Below, piece after piece: positions 1 to 8,353 of a DNA stretch of 64,000 bases. Under the pieces are notes generated by a model. The model had not been told where the DNA came from. It ran no database searches and was given only the letters and a program-made list of their open reading frames with translations. The DNA lies in the NCBI GenBank assembly GCA_937901925.1, contig CALGTS010000046.1, positions 6,803 through 70,802 of the forward strand, given 5' to 3'. Numbering within the stretch: position 1 is the stretch's first letter; every line of letters starts with the position of its first letter. The translations under genes and the position numbers were made by a program. This DNA is from an uncultured Bacteroidales bacterium. Lineage in GTDB: Bacteria > Bacteroidota > Bacteroidia > Bacteroidales > WCHB1-69.

Positions 1-513
1 TGCTTCGGCACGAGCTTCCTCTTGCATCAAGTTGATAAGTTGTTCTTTCGCTTGTTGAGCAGTTAACTCAGCAATTGACTCCAATTTTGCTTTTTGGATA
101 GCGGTTTGTTTATTTAGTTCCTCTTGTTTAGCATTAGTAGCTTCAATTTGACGATTAAGGTTGTCTTTCAAAGCATTAGCTTCATTATGTTTTTTGTTTA
201 AATCTTCAAGTTTTTGGTTTAAAGATTGTTCTTTTTGTTTAATTCTGTTTTCAGCGACTGCAATTTGTTGATTTTTTTCGTTGATAGTTTTTTCATGGTC
301 ACTTTTCAGTTGCAAGAACTTTTCTTTGGCTTGAAGAATTTTCTCTTTTTTTACGAGTTCAGCATCTTCGCGTGCTTTTTTCAATGTATTTTCGGCATCT
401 TGTAAAATAGCCTCACCTTTTTTAGAGAGTGCTTTTTTGAGAATAGTATGTGATATCACTAATCCGACTCCTACGCCGACAATAATTCCGACAATTATTA
501 ATATAGCATTCAT
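1..513 (-). CDS. rny: Ribonuclease Y, N-terminal 171 codons (gene runs off the left edge)
   Basis: Absent from the ORF track because no stop lies in the window. Reverse-strand translation from ATG (513..511) reads MNAILIIVGIIVGVGVGLVISHTILKKALSKKGEAILQDAENTLKKARED...LESIAELTAQQAKEQLINLMQEEARAEA. That is one N-terminal TM helix followed by a long K/E/Q coiled coil, the usual RNase Y N-terminus. The frame is open for all 171 codons. The KH/HD domains would lie outside the window. Confidence 0.7.
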   Translation of the reverse strand, partial: MNAILIIVGIIVGVGVGLVISHTILKKALSKKGEAILQDAENTLKKAREDAELVKKEKILQAKEKFLQLKSDHEKTINEKNQQIAVAENRIKQKEQSLNQKLEDLNKKHNEANALKDNLNRQIEATNAKQEELNKQTAIQKAKLESIAELTAQQAKEQLINLMQEEARAEA

Positions 514-552
514 AAATGGTAATTTAGTTTATTATATAGTTAATTTAATTTA

Positions 553-560
553 CAAAAATA
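553..560 (-). promoter_or_regulatory. Bacteroidota -7 promoter box TATTTTTG upstream of rny
   Basis: The plus strand reads caaaaata, so the minus strand reads TATTTTTG and matches the TAnnTTTG consensus. It sits about 40 nt upstream of the rny ATG, immediately after the U-tract that ends the structured RNA. Confidence 0.5.
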
Positions 561-752
561 AAAAACCGCACTGTCCAGAATAGGGTTTCGATAAACTCCT
601 AATTATTACGTTGAAGGTGCCACCACACCTCGAAAGTCCACGGACGTAAAAGTCATGCAATAAAGCATTTAGGCCTTTTCTTAATGCGGTTGAGCTTAAC
701 CTTCTATTATTTTCTGTTGAGTTTAACAAACGTTAAGCAGACAATGCGGGGT
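560..752 (-). ncRNA. Candidate 6S-like structured RNA in the zapA-rny spacer
   Basis: On the minus strand, CCGCAUUGUC (749..740) pairs over 10 bp with GACAGUGCGG (575..566) and is followed by UUUUUU (565..560). Further in, GUUUG/C(G)AAAC, UAAACUC (725..719)/GAGUUUA (598..592) and GAAGGU (704..699)/ACCUUC (618..613) also pair. The last two helices flank a 14 nt x 14 nt unpaired internal loop (718..705 and 612..599). The paired ends span 184 nt. No ORF is present. It lies directly downstream of zapA, as ssrS does in E. coli. Confidence 0.4.
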
Positions 753-770
753 ATTTCTTTCAAAGAACGT

Positions 771-1067
771 CTAATCAATGTTTAACTTTTCTGACAACTC
801 CTTGAGTTGCTTCATTTTAGGAATCAAATCCTCCTTATACTCCTCTAAAATTTCCTCCGTATCAATTCCTCTTACTACAAAATCAAGCAAGATCTTTGCG
901 AATATATCTTGATGATCTTTATATTTCCAAGTTCGAGCAAAGTTATAAAATCTCTCATTGATTCTTTTCTCGGCTTCTTTATAGTATCTTTCCCACTCCT
1001 TTTCAATCTCCAACTCAACTTCTTGTTGAGCTAACACCAACCTTAACTTTATTCTGTTTTCTTCCAT
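771..1067 (-). CDS. zapA: Cell division protein ZapA-like
   Basis: A 98-aa ORF. The N-terminal pattern IKLRLVLAQQEVELEIEKEWERYYKEAEKRINERF resembles Bacteroidota ZapA (INLxI..Y.L.I...EE.YR.AAK.IN). It has the conserved position upstream of rny. The family call is from memory. Confidence 0.55.
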   Translation of the reverse strand: MEENRIKLRLVLAQQEVELEIEKEWERYYKEAEKRINERFYNFARTWKYKDHQDIFAKILLDFVVRGIDTEEILEEYKEDLIPKMKQLKELSEKLNID

Positions 1068-1360
1068 TCCATTCTATTTAGAAGCTCGATACAATTATCT
1101 ATCTCCCGCACGTATTCATTAATTTTCTTTATAGTCTCTTTCTTATCTTCTTTATATAAAACCGTATTCGTAATAGTTAGTAATTTATGTTTTTCTTTCA
1201 ATGATTGCAGTTCGTTTTGTAACCTTTTAATCTCTTTGTTTTGCTCCTCAATCTCCTCTTTCAACTTTCTATTTTCCTCTGATTTTTCAGCAATTAGAGC
1301 AATTGCTTGCTTAATATTTTGCTCAATATCGCCATACAAAGAGAGAAACGATGCCATCAT
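1049..1360 (-). CDS. Small coiled-coil protein (ZapB-like role is speculative)
   Basis: A 103-aa ORF dominated by heptad-like K/E/L/Q sequence (ENRKLKEEIEEQNKEIKRLQNELQSLKEKHK). It overlaps the zapA start by 19 nt, which suggests translational coupling. Confidence 0.5.
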   Translation of the reverse strand: MMASFLSLYGDIEQNIKQAIALIAEKSEENRKLKEEIEEQNKEIKRLQNELQSLKEKHKLLTITNTVLYKEDKKETIKKINEYVREIDNCIELLNRMEWKKTE

Positions 1361-1374
1361 TCAAAATTTGGTTG

Positions 1375-1382
1375 CAAAGATA
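1375..1382 (-). promoter_or_regulatory. -7 promoter box TATCTTTG for the coiled-coil/zapA operon
   Basis: The plus strand reads caaagata, so the minus strand reads TATCTTTG(CA). It lies 15 nt upstream of the ATG at 1360, which implies a very short leader. Confidence 0.4.
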
Positions 1383-1476
1383 TGAAATTATCTTATATAA
1401 TTTTTGCGATTTTCTGTTTTTTTTGCCTTATTAAAAAAACTATTTCCTATGATTCTATTTAAAAGTCAGTTACGAT

Positions 1477-2151
1477 TTAGAAAATAAAAACAGAGGGGTT
1501 ATTGCACACAATTAGATAAGAGATGTATGCTGAAAAGGAGAAAAAGAGAAATGCCCACAGGAATGCAGGAACTCGTGTAAACTTTTTCAATAAAGTTGCA
1601 TCGCCAGCATTAGCAGGAGTCCGAATTGATAAATAAAGGATAACAAACGATGAAGTCAATGAATCGACAGCCATAAAGGTTGCGTAAAGCAGTGCTGCAA
1701 TTTGGATATAATTTTTGTTTCCTAAATAGATTAAATACGCATTAAGGGCTGCAAAAAGCAGCACCCAAACAAATCCGTAAAGGTTTCTAATCCAGAGGAG
1801 CAGAACAACAAGGTAAAAGATTAAAATTCCCCAAACAATTCCGTAGAAGTAACCTACAGCATAAAGTTTGAAGATACAATAAGCTACAACAGCAGAGAAG
1901 GGGTAACCTATGATAGCAACACAGAAGTTTGGAAATTTACCTTTGCACTGGGTGGTAGTTGCACCTGAGGAATCTTGAAAAATCTCAATTTTATGCACTT
2001 TTCCTTCCATTAATAGTGCCATCAGCGCATGACCAGTTTCGTGGACTATCGTATTGATTACATTAAACCACTTCCCTACTACTGGAACACGAGGAAGCAG
2101 AAGCGCCAAAATAATAAAAAGATAGACTAATGGAAAATTTCCTATCGTCAT
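1477..2151 (-). CDS. M50B-like integral-membrane metallopeptidase family protein
   Basis: 224 aa, highly hydrophobic with about 6 TM segments. It carries HETGHALMA (HExxH) near the N-terminus, as in the M50B-like peptidase family. Confidence 0.55.
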   Translation of the reverse strand: MTIGNFPLVYLFIILALLLPRVPVVGKWFNVINTIVHETGHALMALLMEGKVHKIEIFQDSSGATTTQCKGKFPNFCVAIIGYPFSAVVAYCIFKLYAVGYFYGIVWGILIFYLVVLLLWIRNLYGFVWVLLFAALNAYLIYLGNKNYIQIAALLYATFMAVDSLTSSFVILYLSIRTPANAGDATLLKKFTRVPAFLWAFLFFSFSAYISYLIVCNNPSVFIF

Positions 2152-2156
2152 TTGAT

Positions 2157-2723
2157 TTAATTTCTGTTTACTAATAACTCTTTGTAATTTGCGGAGTTAT
2201 CAAGATCAACATCATTCAAGACTACTCTTAAGGGCAACACGTGCACTTCAGATTGTTGCAGATTATAACGTTCTACTGCATTGAACATTTGAAGATAGAA
2301 ATCACCTGAAAATCGTTGTTCTTCATTATCAACTTCTGCAATTTTCAGGCATCCAGATTGCACCCACCAATCGCCATGTTGCTCATATCCATCGCTTACT
2401 TCTTGTGTTTCGTAATATTCAATAAAACGAACTGCATTAGGATTTGCCATGATGTTATAATCATACTCATTCACCAATTGGTCATCTTCTTTTAATTCAA
2501 TTTGCAAATAGAGATAAGGCTTTTGGAAAGGTTCATTTTTGAAAGCATATAGACTTAATAAGCTATCGTTAAGCACTGTAATGTAGTGGGATGCCGTCCA
2601 AGGTTCCTCATTCGCCCAAAAAACAGTTACCCCTTTACCATATTTTTCGGGGTCATCAATTTTATTGCATGCTGTCCCTAATAAGACTACAAGAGAAATA
2701 ATCAAAAACAATTTTAATTTCAT
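2157..2723 (-). CDS. Putative lipoprotein, unknown function
   Basis: A 188-aa ORF with the signal peptide MKLKLFLIISLVVLLGTAC, ending in a Cys available for lipidation. No recognisable domain. Confidence 0.5.
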   Translation of the reverse strand: MKLKLFLIISLVVLLGTACNKIDDPEKYGKGVTVFWANEEPWTASHYITVLNDSLLSLYAFKNEPFQKPYLYLQIELKEDDQLVNEYDYNIMANPNAVRFIEYYETQEVSDGYEQHGDWWVQSGCLKIAEVDNEEQRFSGDFYLQMFNAVERYNLQQSEVHVLPLRVVLNDVDLDNSANYKELLVNRN

Positions 2724-2739
2724 ATCACTAAGTTTTACA

Positions 2740-4812
2740 TTATTCTACCTCTTCACTAACTGTCAACCCAAAGTCAAAAATCACCTTCCCTTTTTTAGGT
2801 TTTATTTCTTCATTCTGTATCTTTATAATTCGTTCTGCACCAATTCCTTGAGATTCAAAATAGTGAGTCAACATTATAAATTTTTCCTGTTCCGCTGCCA
2901 TCAACTGCTCGGTCATTTGTAAAGAATCAGTTGAATTCTGGGCAAAGGATTGCTCATCTAAAACTACAGCAACATTAAGGTTCATCTGCTCTTTTTCTTT
3001 CATAAACTCCATAATGTCATTGAGTTTTGCATAATCAGCAGCGCTAAATTCAGAAGTTTCCATTGGAAGTTCCATATTGGAAAAAATACTTTGATTCTCC
3101 TCTGTTGCATTGATTATAAAATTAATGGGAGATGTCGCAACCTTTACCAAGAAATTGGTCAAAACCTTCATAATTGCCTTTTTGAAAGAGAATTGAGGAG
3201 AAGCTATATTTCCTTCGACTGGTAACTCAATATCTACACGTCCTTTTCTATCGGTTAACACATATAAAGCAGCACGCAAAGGAATGTTAAATTCTGGCTC
3301 AACATCTTTAATCTTCTTATCCACTTTACAATTATACATCTGTAAGTGGTTATTACTTTGCAATATATTTTCTACGATTGAGTTCTCACTCTTGAAATTG
3401 AGCAATCCATCGAGGATTGGGTGTGCTGTAAAGTGGATGCAATAAGGTGAGAAGTCACACATTCGTAAATCTTTAATATTCAATGTAATATCTTGTGTAG
3501 AAAAATCGGAAACTTTTCCATTCCAAAGAGCTTCTAAGATTCCACCTTCTCCAACAATAGCGCTAAGTTGTACTGAAGATTTTTTATTGAGGGCAAATTG
3601 TGAAGACACAATGTTAATATTACGAATAGGAAGTGCGAACTCCTGTTTTAGTGTTTTATCTGTATAGTTTATTGAAGATGATTTTACTTCAAAATGTTCA
3701 ATAATCAAATTAGCCTTTGAGGGTTGAGAAGTTTCCACAACAATATTAGTATCCAATTCTACTTCAACATCTGTTGATTGTGCAACTTCATTATTTTCAT
3801 AAGAATTTTCAATTGTATCATTTTGAGTTGTGTCTGAGAAAAGAGCCAATGTTGAGTAGCCTGGTTCCATCAAATAATCCACATTCAAACCTAAAATTGT
3901 AATATTATTCAAATGATATAGTTCATTTTTCAGGTCAATATTATTGATATCGACAAGAATTTGTTCAACAGAAGCCACATGTTCATCCTTCATTCCTTTA
4001 GCAGCAAGTTTATCCAACTGTAACGAGCCCATTACTGTCAGATCCAATATATGTTCCATCGATCCCTCAATCTTAAGAGTAGTTGTCAGATTACCTGCAA
4101 AATCAGAAATCTTAACCATATCCAAAAGATAGGGTTTCAAAATTTCCAATCCTAAATTATTGATATTCAAATCCATTTTATATTTACCCACTTGCAAATC
4201 GTATCCCATTTTCAAGGTAAAATCACCTCCATTTTCAAATTCAAAATGAACATCGGCATCAGAATTTTTTCCACCAAAATAGAGTTCAGGAATTGCCAAC
4301 GAAAGATCTTTCATTCCTACATAACTATCTTTCACAGCATCTTTGTAGGCAAAATGTCCGTTTTCCAGTGAAATTTTTCTCAAAAGCACACTCCACTTTG
4401 AGTTCTCCTTTTTCGGTTTCTCGTCATCTGAGGAGAAGTGGTCAATAATATCAGTAAAATTAAATCGATCACCATTTTGAACAATATCTGCTTCAGGTTT
4501 TACCAATTTCACTTCAGTAAGTTTCACCTCTTTTGCCAACAATTTCATCAAAGAAATATTGATTTTCAATTCATCAAAAGTAAGGAACTCCTCTTTTTCA
4601 TTCTCTTCGAGCATTTTAAAACCCTTAATTTTCAGCACACCTCGAAAGAGGTTTAAATTCAGTTTGTCAATTTTCACTACTCGATGGCAAAGCTCTTTAC
4701 TATGTTTTTCGATATATGACTTTGCAATTGGACCTGCCAATAGTGACAACAGTATTAGCACACCGACAACGGTTCCCAAAGTTATTCCTAAGATTTTCAA
4801 TACTTTTTTCAT
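2740..4812 (-). CDS. DUF748/AsmA-like envelope protein
   Basis: 690 aa with a single N-terminal TM (ILGITLGTVVGVLILLSLLAG). It then shows the repetitive beta-rich pattern typical of DUF748/AsmA-like proteins (IAKSYIEKHSKEL..RVVKIDKLNLNLFRGVLKIKGFKMLE...FLTFDELKINISL). Confidence 0.5.
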   Translation of the reverse strand: MKKVLKILGITLGTVVGVLILLSLLAGPIAKSYIEKHSKELCHRVVKIDKLNLNLFRGVLKIKGFKMLEENEKEEFLTFDELKINISLMKLLAKEVKLTEVKLVKPEADIVQNGDRFNFTDIIDHFSSDDEKPKKENSKWSVLLRKISLENGHFAYKDAVKDSYVGMKDLSLAIPELYFGGKNSDADVHFEFENGGDFTLKMGYDLQVGKYKMDLNINNLGLEILKPYLLDMVKISDFAGNLTTTLKIEGSMEHILDLTVMGSLQLDKLAAKGMKDEHVASVEQILVDINNIDLKNELYHLNNITILGLNVDYLMEPGYSTLALFSDTTQNDTIENSYENNEVAQSTDVEVELDTNIVVETSQPSKANLIIEHFEVKSSSINYTDKTLKQEFALPIRNINIVSSQFALNKKSSVQLSAIVGEGGILEALWNGKVSDFSTQDITLNIKDLRMCDFSPYCIHFTAHPILDGLLNFKSENSIVENILQSNNHLQMYNCKVDKKIKDVEPEFNIPLRAALYVLTDRKGRVDIELPVEGNIASPQFSFKKAIMKVLTNFLVKVATSPINFIINATEENQSIFSNMELPMETSEFSAADYAKLNDIMEFMKEKEQMNLNVAVVLDEQSFAQNSTDSLQMTEQLMAAEQEKFIMLTHYFESQGIGAERIIKIQNEEIKPKKGKVIFDFGLTVSEEVE

Positions 4813-6830
4813 AGTTGCAATTTCTCTTTTATTTCCTCTGCCTTTTGATTATTTCCCATTGATTGGTACAATTTAAGCAGATTTAACAACACATTTTTAT
4901 TATTTGGATCCAAACTAAGTGCCTGATTTAGGTAGGACAAAGCTTCCATATTTTTACCTTCTATAGCATAAGAAACCCCGATATTTTCCAAGGCTGAAAA
5001 ATGTTTTGGATTGATTTCCAAAACTTTAAAAAGATATGCTCGCGCACTATCTAATTGTCCGAAATATTGACCAAAGATCTTTCCTTTCATATTTAAAGCA
5101 TCTTCGTGCAAGGGATTTTGTTTCAATACCTCATCAATTTCTCGCCACGCATCTTGCAGTCTATTCGTTTCCAGCATTTGATTTATCTTCTTCACAAAAT
5201 CATTTCCTAATGCCATCTGGGCAGCCTGCATATTTTTTTGAGCTACAGCATCTTCGGGAAAAAATTCCGTCATTTTATGGTAATAGTAAAATGATTTTTC
5301 GTAATCCTGTTTTACATAATAAAGTTCCCCCATCAACATCAGCGCATTGTATGCTGTAGGCTCCAAAGTAAGTGCTTGGGTAAGATATTTCTCTGCATTT
5401 TTAAAGTGTGCAATCTTATTATCTTTTTTGTAGAGTTGCAGATAACTTCCTCCAGCAGAAATATTACACTTAATACTATTTGCAGAAACTTTCACATCTG
5501 TAGTAAAAAGCGTAATATCATCTTTCCATACAAAATTGCGAGCAAAACTTTTTACCCCATATCCTATCATAATAATAATCAATAAGATAGGAATAAATTT
5601 ATCCAAATGAAATTTTTCATTAAGTTTTTGGAAGAGGTATGCTAATGCCAAAACAAAACCCAATAAAGGGACAAACAAAAATCGTTCATTCATTAATGTC
5701 CCCACTGGAAATAGGAGATTGGAAGTAATTGAGAAAGTAATTGCAAAAAAAAGCACAGAGTACGCTAATACCTTGTTCTTTTTTATGTTTAAAACACTCC
5801 AAATCAATAGAATAATAAATAAAATCAGGAGAATAATAACTATAGGATTTGAGAAATTCGTAATTTCGATTTGATGTGGATAGTAATCATGGGTTAAGGG
5901 GTGAGGAAAAACCATCAATTTCAGATAAACGCCCCAAGTTAGCAGAACCGTTGCTATGCGTTCGTTAATGGAGCAATTTAGGAAAGGATTATTCAAAATA
6001 TTATTCGTAGTATCTTCCACCATAAATGCACCAAGCACTCTTTGGCGTACAACTAAAAAGATAGCGACAGCCACAAAAATAGGGATTTCAGTTGCTACAT
6101 AATCTTTCCAGGAAATCTTACTATCGCTAATTAAGAGTGAAAGAGGTACAACTGCTACAAAGACTATTGCATTTTCTTTAGAGAAAAGGGCAAAAGTCAT
6201 TGTGATAAAAGCCAATAGTAGATGATAATATTTATGAGACTCCACATATTTCAAGCAGAAATAGAGCGTTGCAACAGCACCAAGCATTGAAAAAATTTCG
6301 TCGCGACCTTTAATATTTGCAACTACTTCTGTATGGAGGGGATGCAATGCGAAGAGCAATGCTGTTATAAAGGGAATTGAACGCCACCATTTATCGGAAT
6401 CATATTTTTGAAAAAGCATCTGTAGCACAACAAAAAGCAGCAACACTAACAGAGCATAGTAGAGCAAATTAAACAAGTGACTGATAACTGGAAGATGAGA
6501 ATCGGAAAAGAGTTGTTCATTTTGTGGCGAGCGTTTTCCATCGATTTTTGATTTCAGATTACCACCAAACAACTCATATTCAATTGCAAATGTACATTGG
6601 GCAAGTGGGCGATAGCGTCCACCTGCAACCATATTCTTACTATCCGTAAAGAAGCCTGAAAAGGAATCTTTAGTACAAATATCCTTTAGGCCTTTCCAAC
6701 CCTTTAGCGTATATTCGTTCTCGTATATCAAAAGTCTATCATCTAAAGCATAATCCAACAGCAATGTGTTTGCATAGGTTAGCAACACAACTATTAGCAG
6801 AACAAGATGACGAATATACTTTTTCAGCAT
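4809..6830 (-). CDS. TMTC-like GT-C fold glycosyltransferase (multi-TM DUF1736-type domain plus C-terminal TPR repeats)
   Basis: 673 aa. The N-terminus reads YANTLLLDYALDDRLLIYENE, and about 10 TM helices follow. A DUF1736-like loop reads NNPFLNCSINERIATVLLTWGVYLKLMVFPHPLTHDYY. The C-terminal 220 aa or so are TPR-like (AYNALMLMGELYYVKQDYEKSFYYYHK...ALENIGVSYAIEGKNMEALSYLNQALSLDPNN). The 4-nt ATGA overlap with the DUF748 gene indicates coupling. Confidence 0.6.
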   Translation of the reverse strand: MLKKYIRHLVLLIVVLLTYANTLLLDYALDDRLLIYENEYTLKGWKGLKDICTKDSFSGFFTDSKNMVAGGRYRPLAQCTFAIEYELFGGNLKSKIDGKRSPQNEQLFSDSHLPVISHLFNLLYYALLVLLLFVVLQMLFQKYDSDKWWRSIPFITALLFALHPLHTEVVANIKGRDEIFSMLGAVATLYFCLKYVESHKYYHLLLAFITMTFALFSKENAIVFVAVVPLSLLISDSKISWKDYVATEIPIFVAVAIFLVVRQRVLGAFMVEDTTNNILNNPFLNCSINERIATVLLTWGVYLKLMVFPHPLTHDYYPHQIEITNFSNPIVIILLILFIILLIWSVLNIKKNKVLAYSVLFFAITFSITSNLLFPVGTLMNERFLFVPLLGFVLALAYLFQKLNEKFHLDKFIPILLIIIMIGYGVKSFARNFVWKDDITLFTTDVKVSANSIKCNISAGGSYLQLYKKDNKIAHFKNAEKYLTQALTLEPTAYNALMLMGELYYVKQDYEKSFYYYHKMTEFFPEDAVAQKNMQAAQMALGNDFVKKINQMLETNRLQDAWREIDEVLKQNPLHEDALNMKGKIFGQYFGQLDSARAYLFKVLEINPKHFSALENIGVSYAIEGKNMEALSYLNQALSLDPNNKNVLLNLLKLYQSMGNNQKAEEIKEKLQL

Positions 6831-6835
6831 ACGGA

Positions 6836-7627
6836 TTACACAATTGCAGCTCTAATTTTAAGCAACTTAACAAGAAGTTCTTCTAATTGGCTCAATGGTA
6901 ACATATTTGCACCATCGGACAAGGCATTTTGTGGATTGGGATGCGTTTCCAAAAATAGGCCATCGAATCCAACAGCAATACCTGCTTTGGCGATTGTCTC
7001 AATCAATTCAGGTTGACCACCAGTAACTCCAGAACTTTGGTTAGGGCGTTGTAACGAGTGTGTACAATCCAATACAACAGGACATTGATTGCTTTTCAGT
7101 TCGTGAATTCCTCTAAAATCCACAATCAAATCTTGGTAGCCGAATGAAGTTCCTCTTTCAGTTATCATAACTTGATGATTACCCGTAACACGTACCTTTT
7201 CCACAGCGAAACGCATCACATCGGGAGCGAGAAATTGTCCTTTTTTAATATTGACCACCTTACCTGTTTTAGCCGCAGCAGTAATCAGTTCAGTTTGACG
7301 GCAGAGAAAAGCTGGAATTTGCAAAACATCTGCAACTTCTGCAACTTTTTCCACCTCATCTACGGCGTGCACATCCGTAACGATTGGCAAATCTAACTCA
7401 TTTTTCACCTTTGCCAATACTGCCAAAGCCTTATCGTCTCCAATACCTGTAAAAGAGTACAGAGAAGAGCGATTTGCTTTCTTATACGAAGCTTTAAAGA
7501 AAAAGTGTATTTGTAAACGTTGTGCTATTTCTGAAATTTTGCGTGCTATTTCCATTGTAATCTCCTCATTTTCAACTACACATGGACCTGCAATAAGGAA
7601 AAAGTTTTTGTTATCGTAAGTAATCAT
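6836..7627 (-). CDS. kdsA: 3-deoxy-8-phosphooctulonate (KDO-8-P) synthase
   Basis: Strong KdsA-like sequence (FFLIAGPCVVENEE...KASYKKANRSS...GIGDDKALAVLAKVK...PIVTDVH...LQIPAFLCRQT...KKGQF...ITERG). The start is moved from the ORF-track 7681 to the ATG at 7627 (MITYDNK), because a TATTTTTG -7 box lies inside the 18-codon extension. Confidence 0.85.
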   Translation of the reverse strand: MITYDNKNFFLIAGPCVVENEEITMEIARKISEIAQRLQIHFFFKASYKKANRSSLYSFTGIGDDKALAVLAKVKNELDLPIVTDVHAVDEVEKVAEVADVLQIPAFLCRQTELITAAAKTGKVVNIKKGQFLAPDVMRFAVEKVRVTGNHQVMITERGTSFGYQDLIVDFRGIHELKSNQCPVVLDCTHSLQRPNQSSGVTGGQPELIETIAKAGIAVGFDGLFLETHPNPQNALSDGANMLPLSQLEELLVKLLKIRAAIV

Positions 7628-7647
7628 TCCATTAAATTTTAAGAGAG

Positions 7648-7655
7648 CAAAAATA
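7648..7655 (-). promoter_or_regulatory. -7 promoter box TATTTTTG for the kdsA-led operon
   Basis: The plus strand reads caaaaata. It lies about 20 nt upstream of the ATG at 7627. Confidence 0.5.
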
Positions 7656-7756
7656 CAGTATTTTTCGACATCTACATACAAAAATGCAAAGAAACTTAAT
7701 TATTTATAACCTTTTCAAAAAGATAAAAAAGAAAGCTATTATTAGAAAAAAAGTTT

Positions 7757-7764
7757 TATCTTTG
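7757..7764 (+). promoter_or_regulatory. -7 promoter box TATCTTTG for tsaC-coaD-tlpA-like operon
   Basis: TATCTTTGCA lies 24 nt upstream of the ATG at 7788. Confidence 0.55.
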
Positions 7765-7787
7765 CAAGTTGGAAAAAATTATTTCTT

Positions 7788-8351
7788 ATGGAGCAAGAGA
7801 TTCAAAAATGTGTAGAATTACTAAACGAAGGGAAAGTGATTCTATACCCTACTGACACCATTTGGGGAATAGGGTGTGATGCCACCAATGAGGAGGCTAT
7901 TAACCGGATATACGAGATTAAACAACGGCAAGCGAGCAAGAGCATGATTATACTTGTTGACCGCAGCGACCGAATTCCATTGTACGTTTCAAAAATTCCG
8001 CTTGTTGCTTGGGATCTCATCAACAAGTCAAGCAGACCCACAACCTACATCTATCCTACAGCACGAAATCTTCCACAACAAATCATACATTCGGATGGTA
8101 GCATTGCTATTCGCGTAGTGAAGAACCCGTTCTGCAGGAAATTAATTGGTCGTTTAGGTCGTCCTATTATCTCGACTTCCGCCAACATTTCTACGGAGCC
8201 ATCACCTAATAGTTTCCGCGATATTTCTGAAAGCATTGTTAATCAGATGGATTACGTTGTTCCTGAGAAGTTTGATAGTAGCTGCACTTTCAAAGCATCG
8301 CGACTTATTAAATTTATGGACGACTACAACTTCATCATTTTACGAGATTAG
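7788..8351 (+). CDS. tsaC: L-threonylcarbamoyladenylate synthase (YrdC/TsaC type)
   Basis: 187 aa with the YrdC-domain pattern ILYPTDTIWGIGCDATNEEAINRIYEIKQR...KSMIILV...IISTSANISTEPSP. Confidence 0.8.
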   Translation: MEQEIQKCVELLNEGKVILYPTDTIWGIGCDATNEEAINRIYEIKQRQASKSMIILVDRSDRIPLYVSKIPLVAWDLINKSSRPTTYIYPTARNLPQQIIHSDGSIAIRVVKNPFCRKLIGRLGRPIISTSANISTEPSPNSFRDISESIVNQMDYVVPEKFDSSCTFKASRLIKFMDDYNFIILRD

Positions 8352-8353
8352 AA

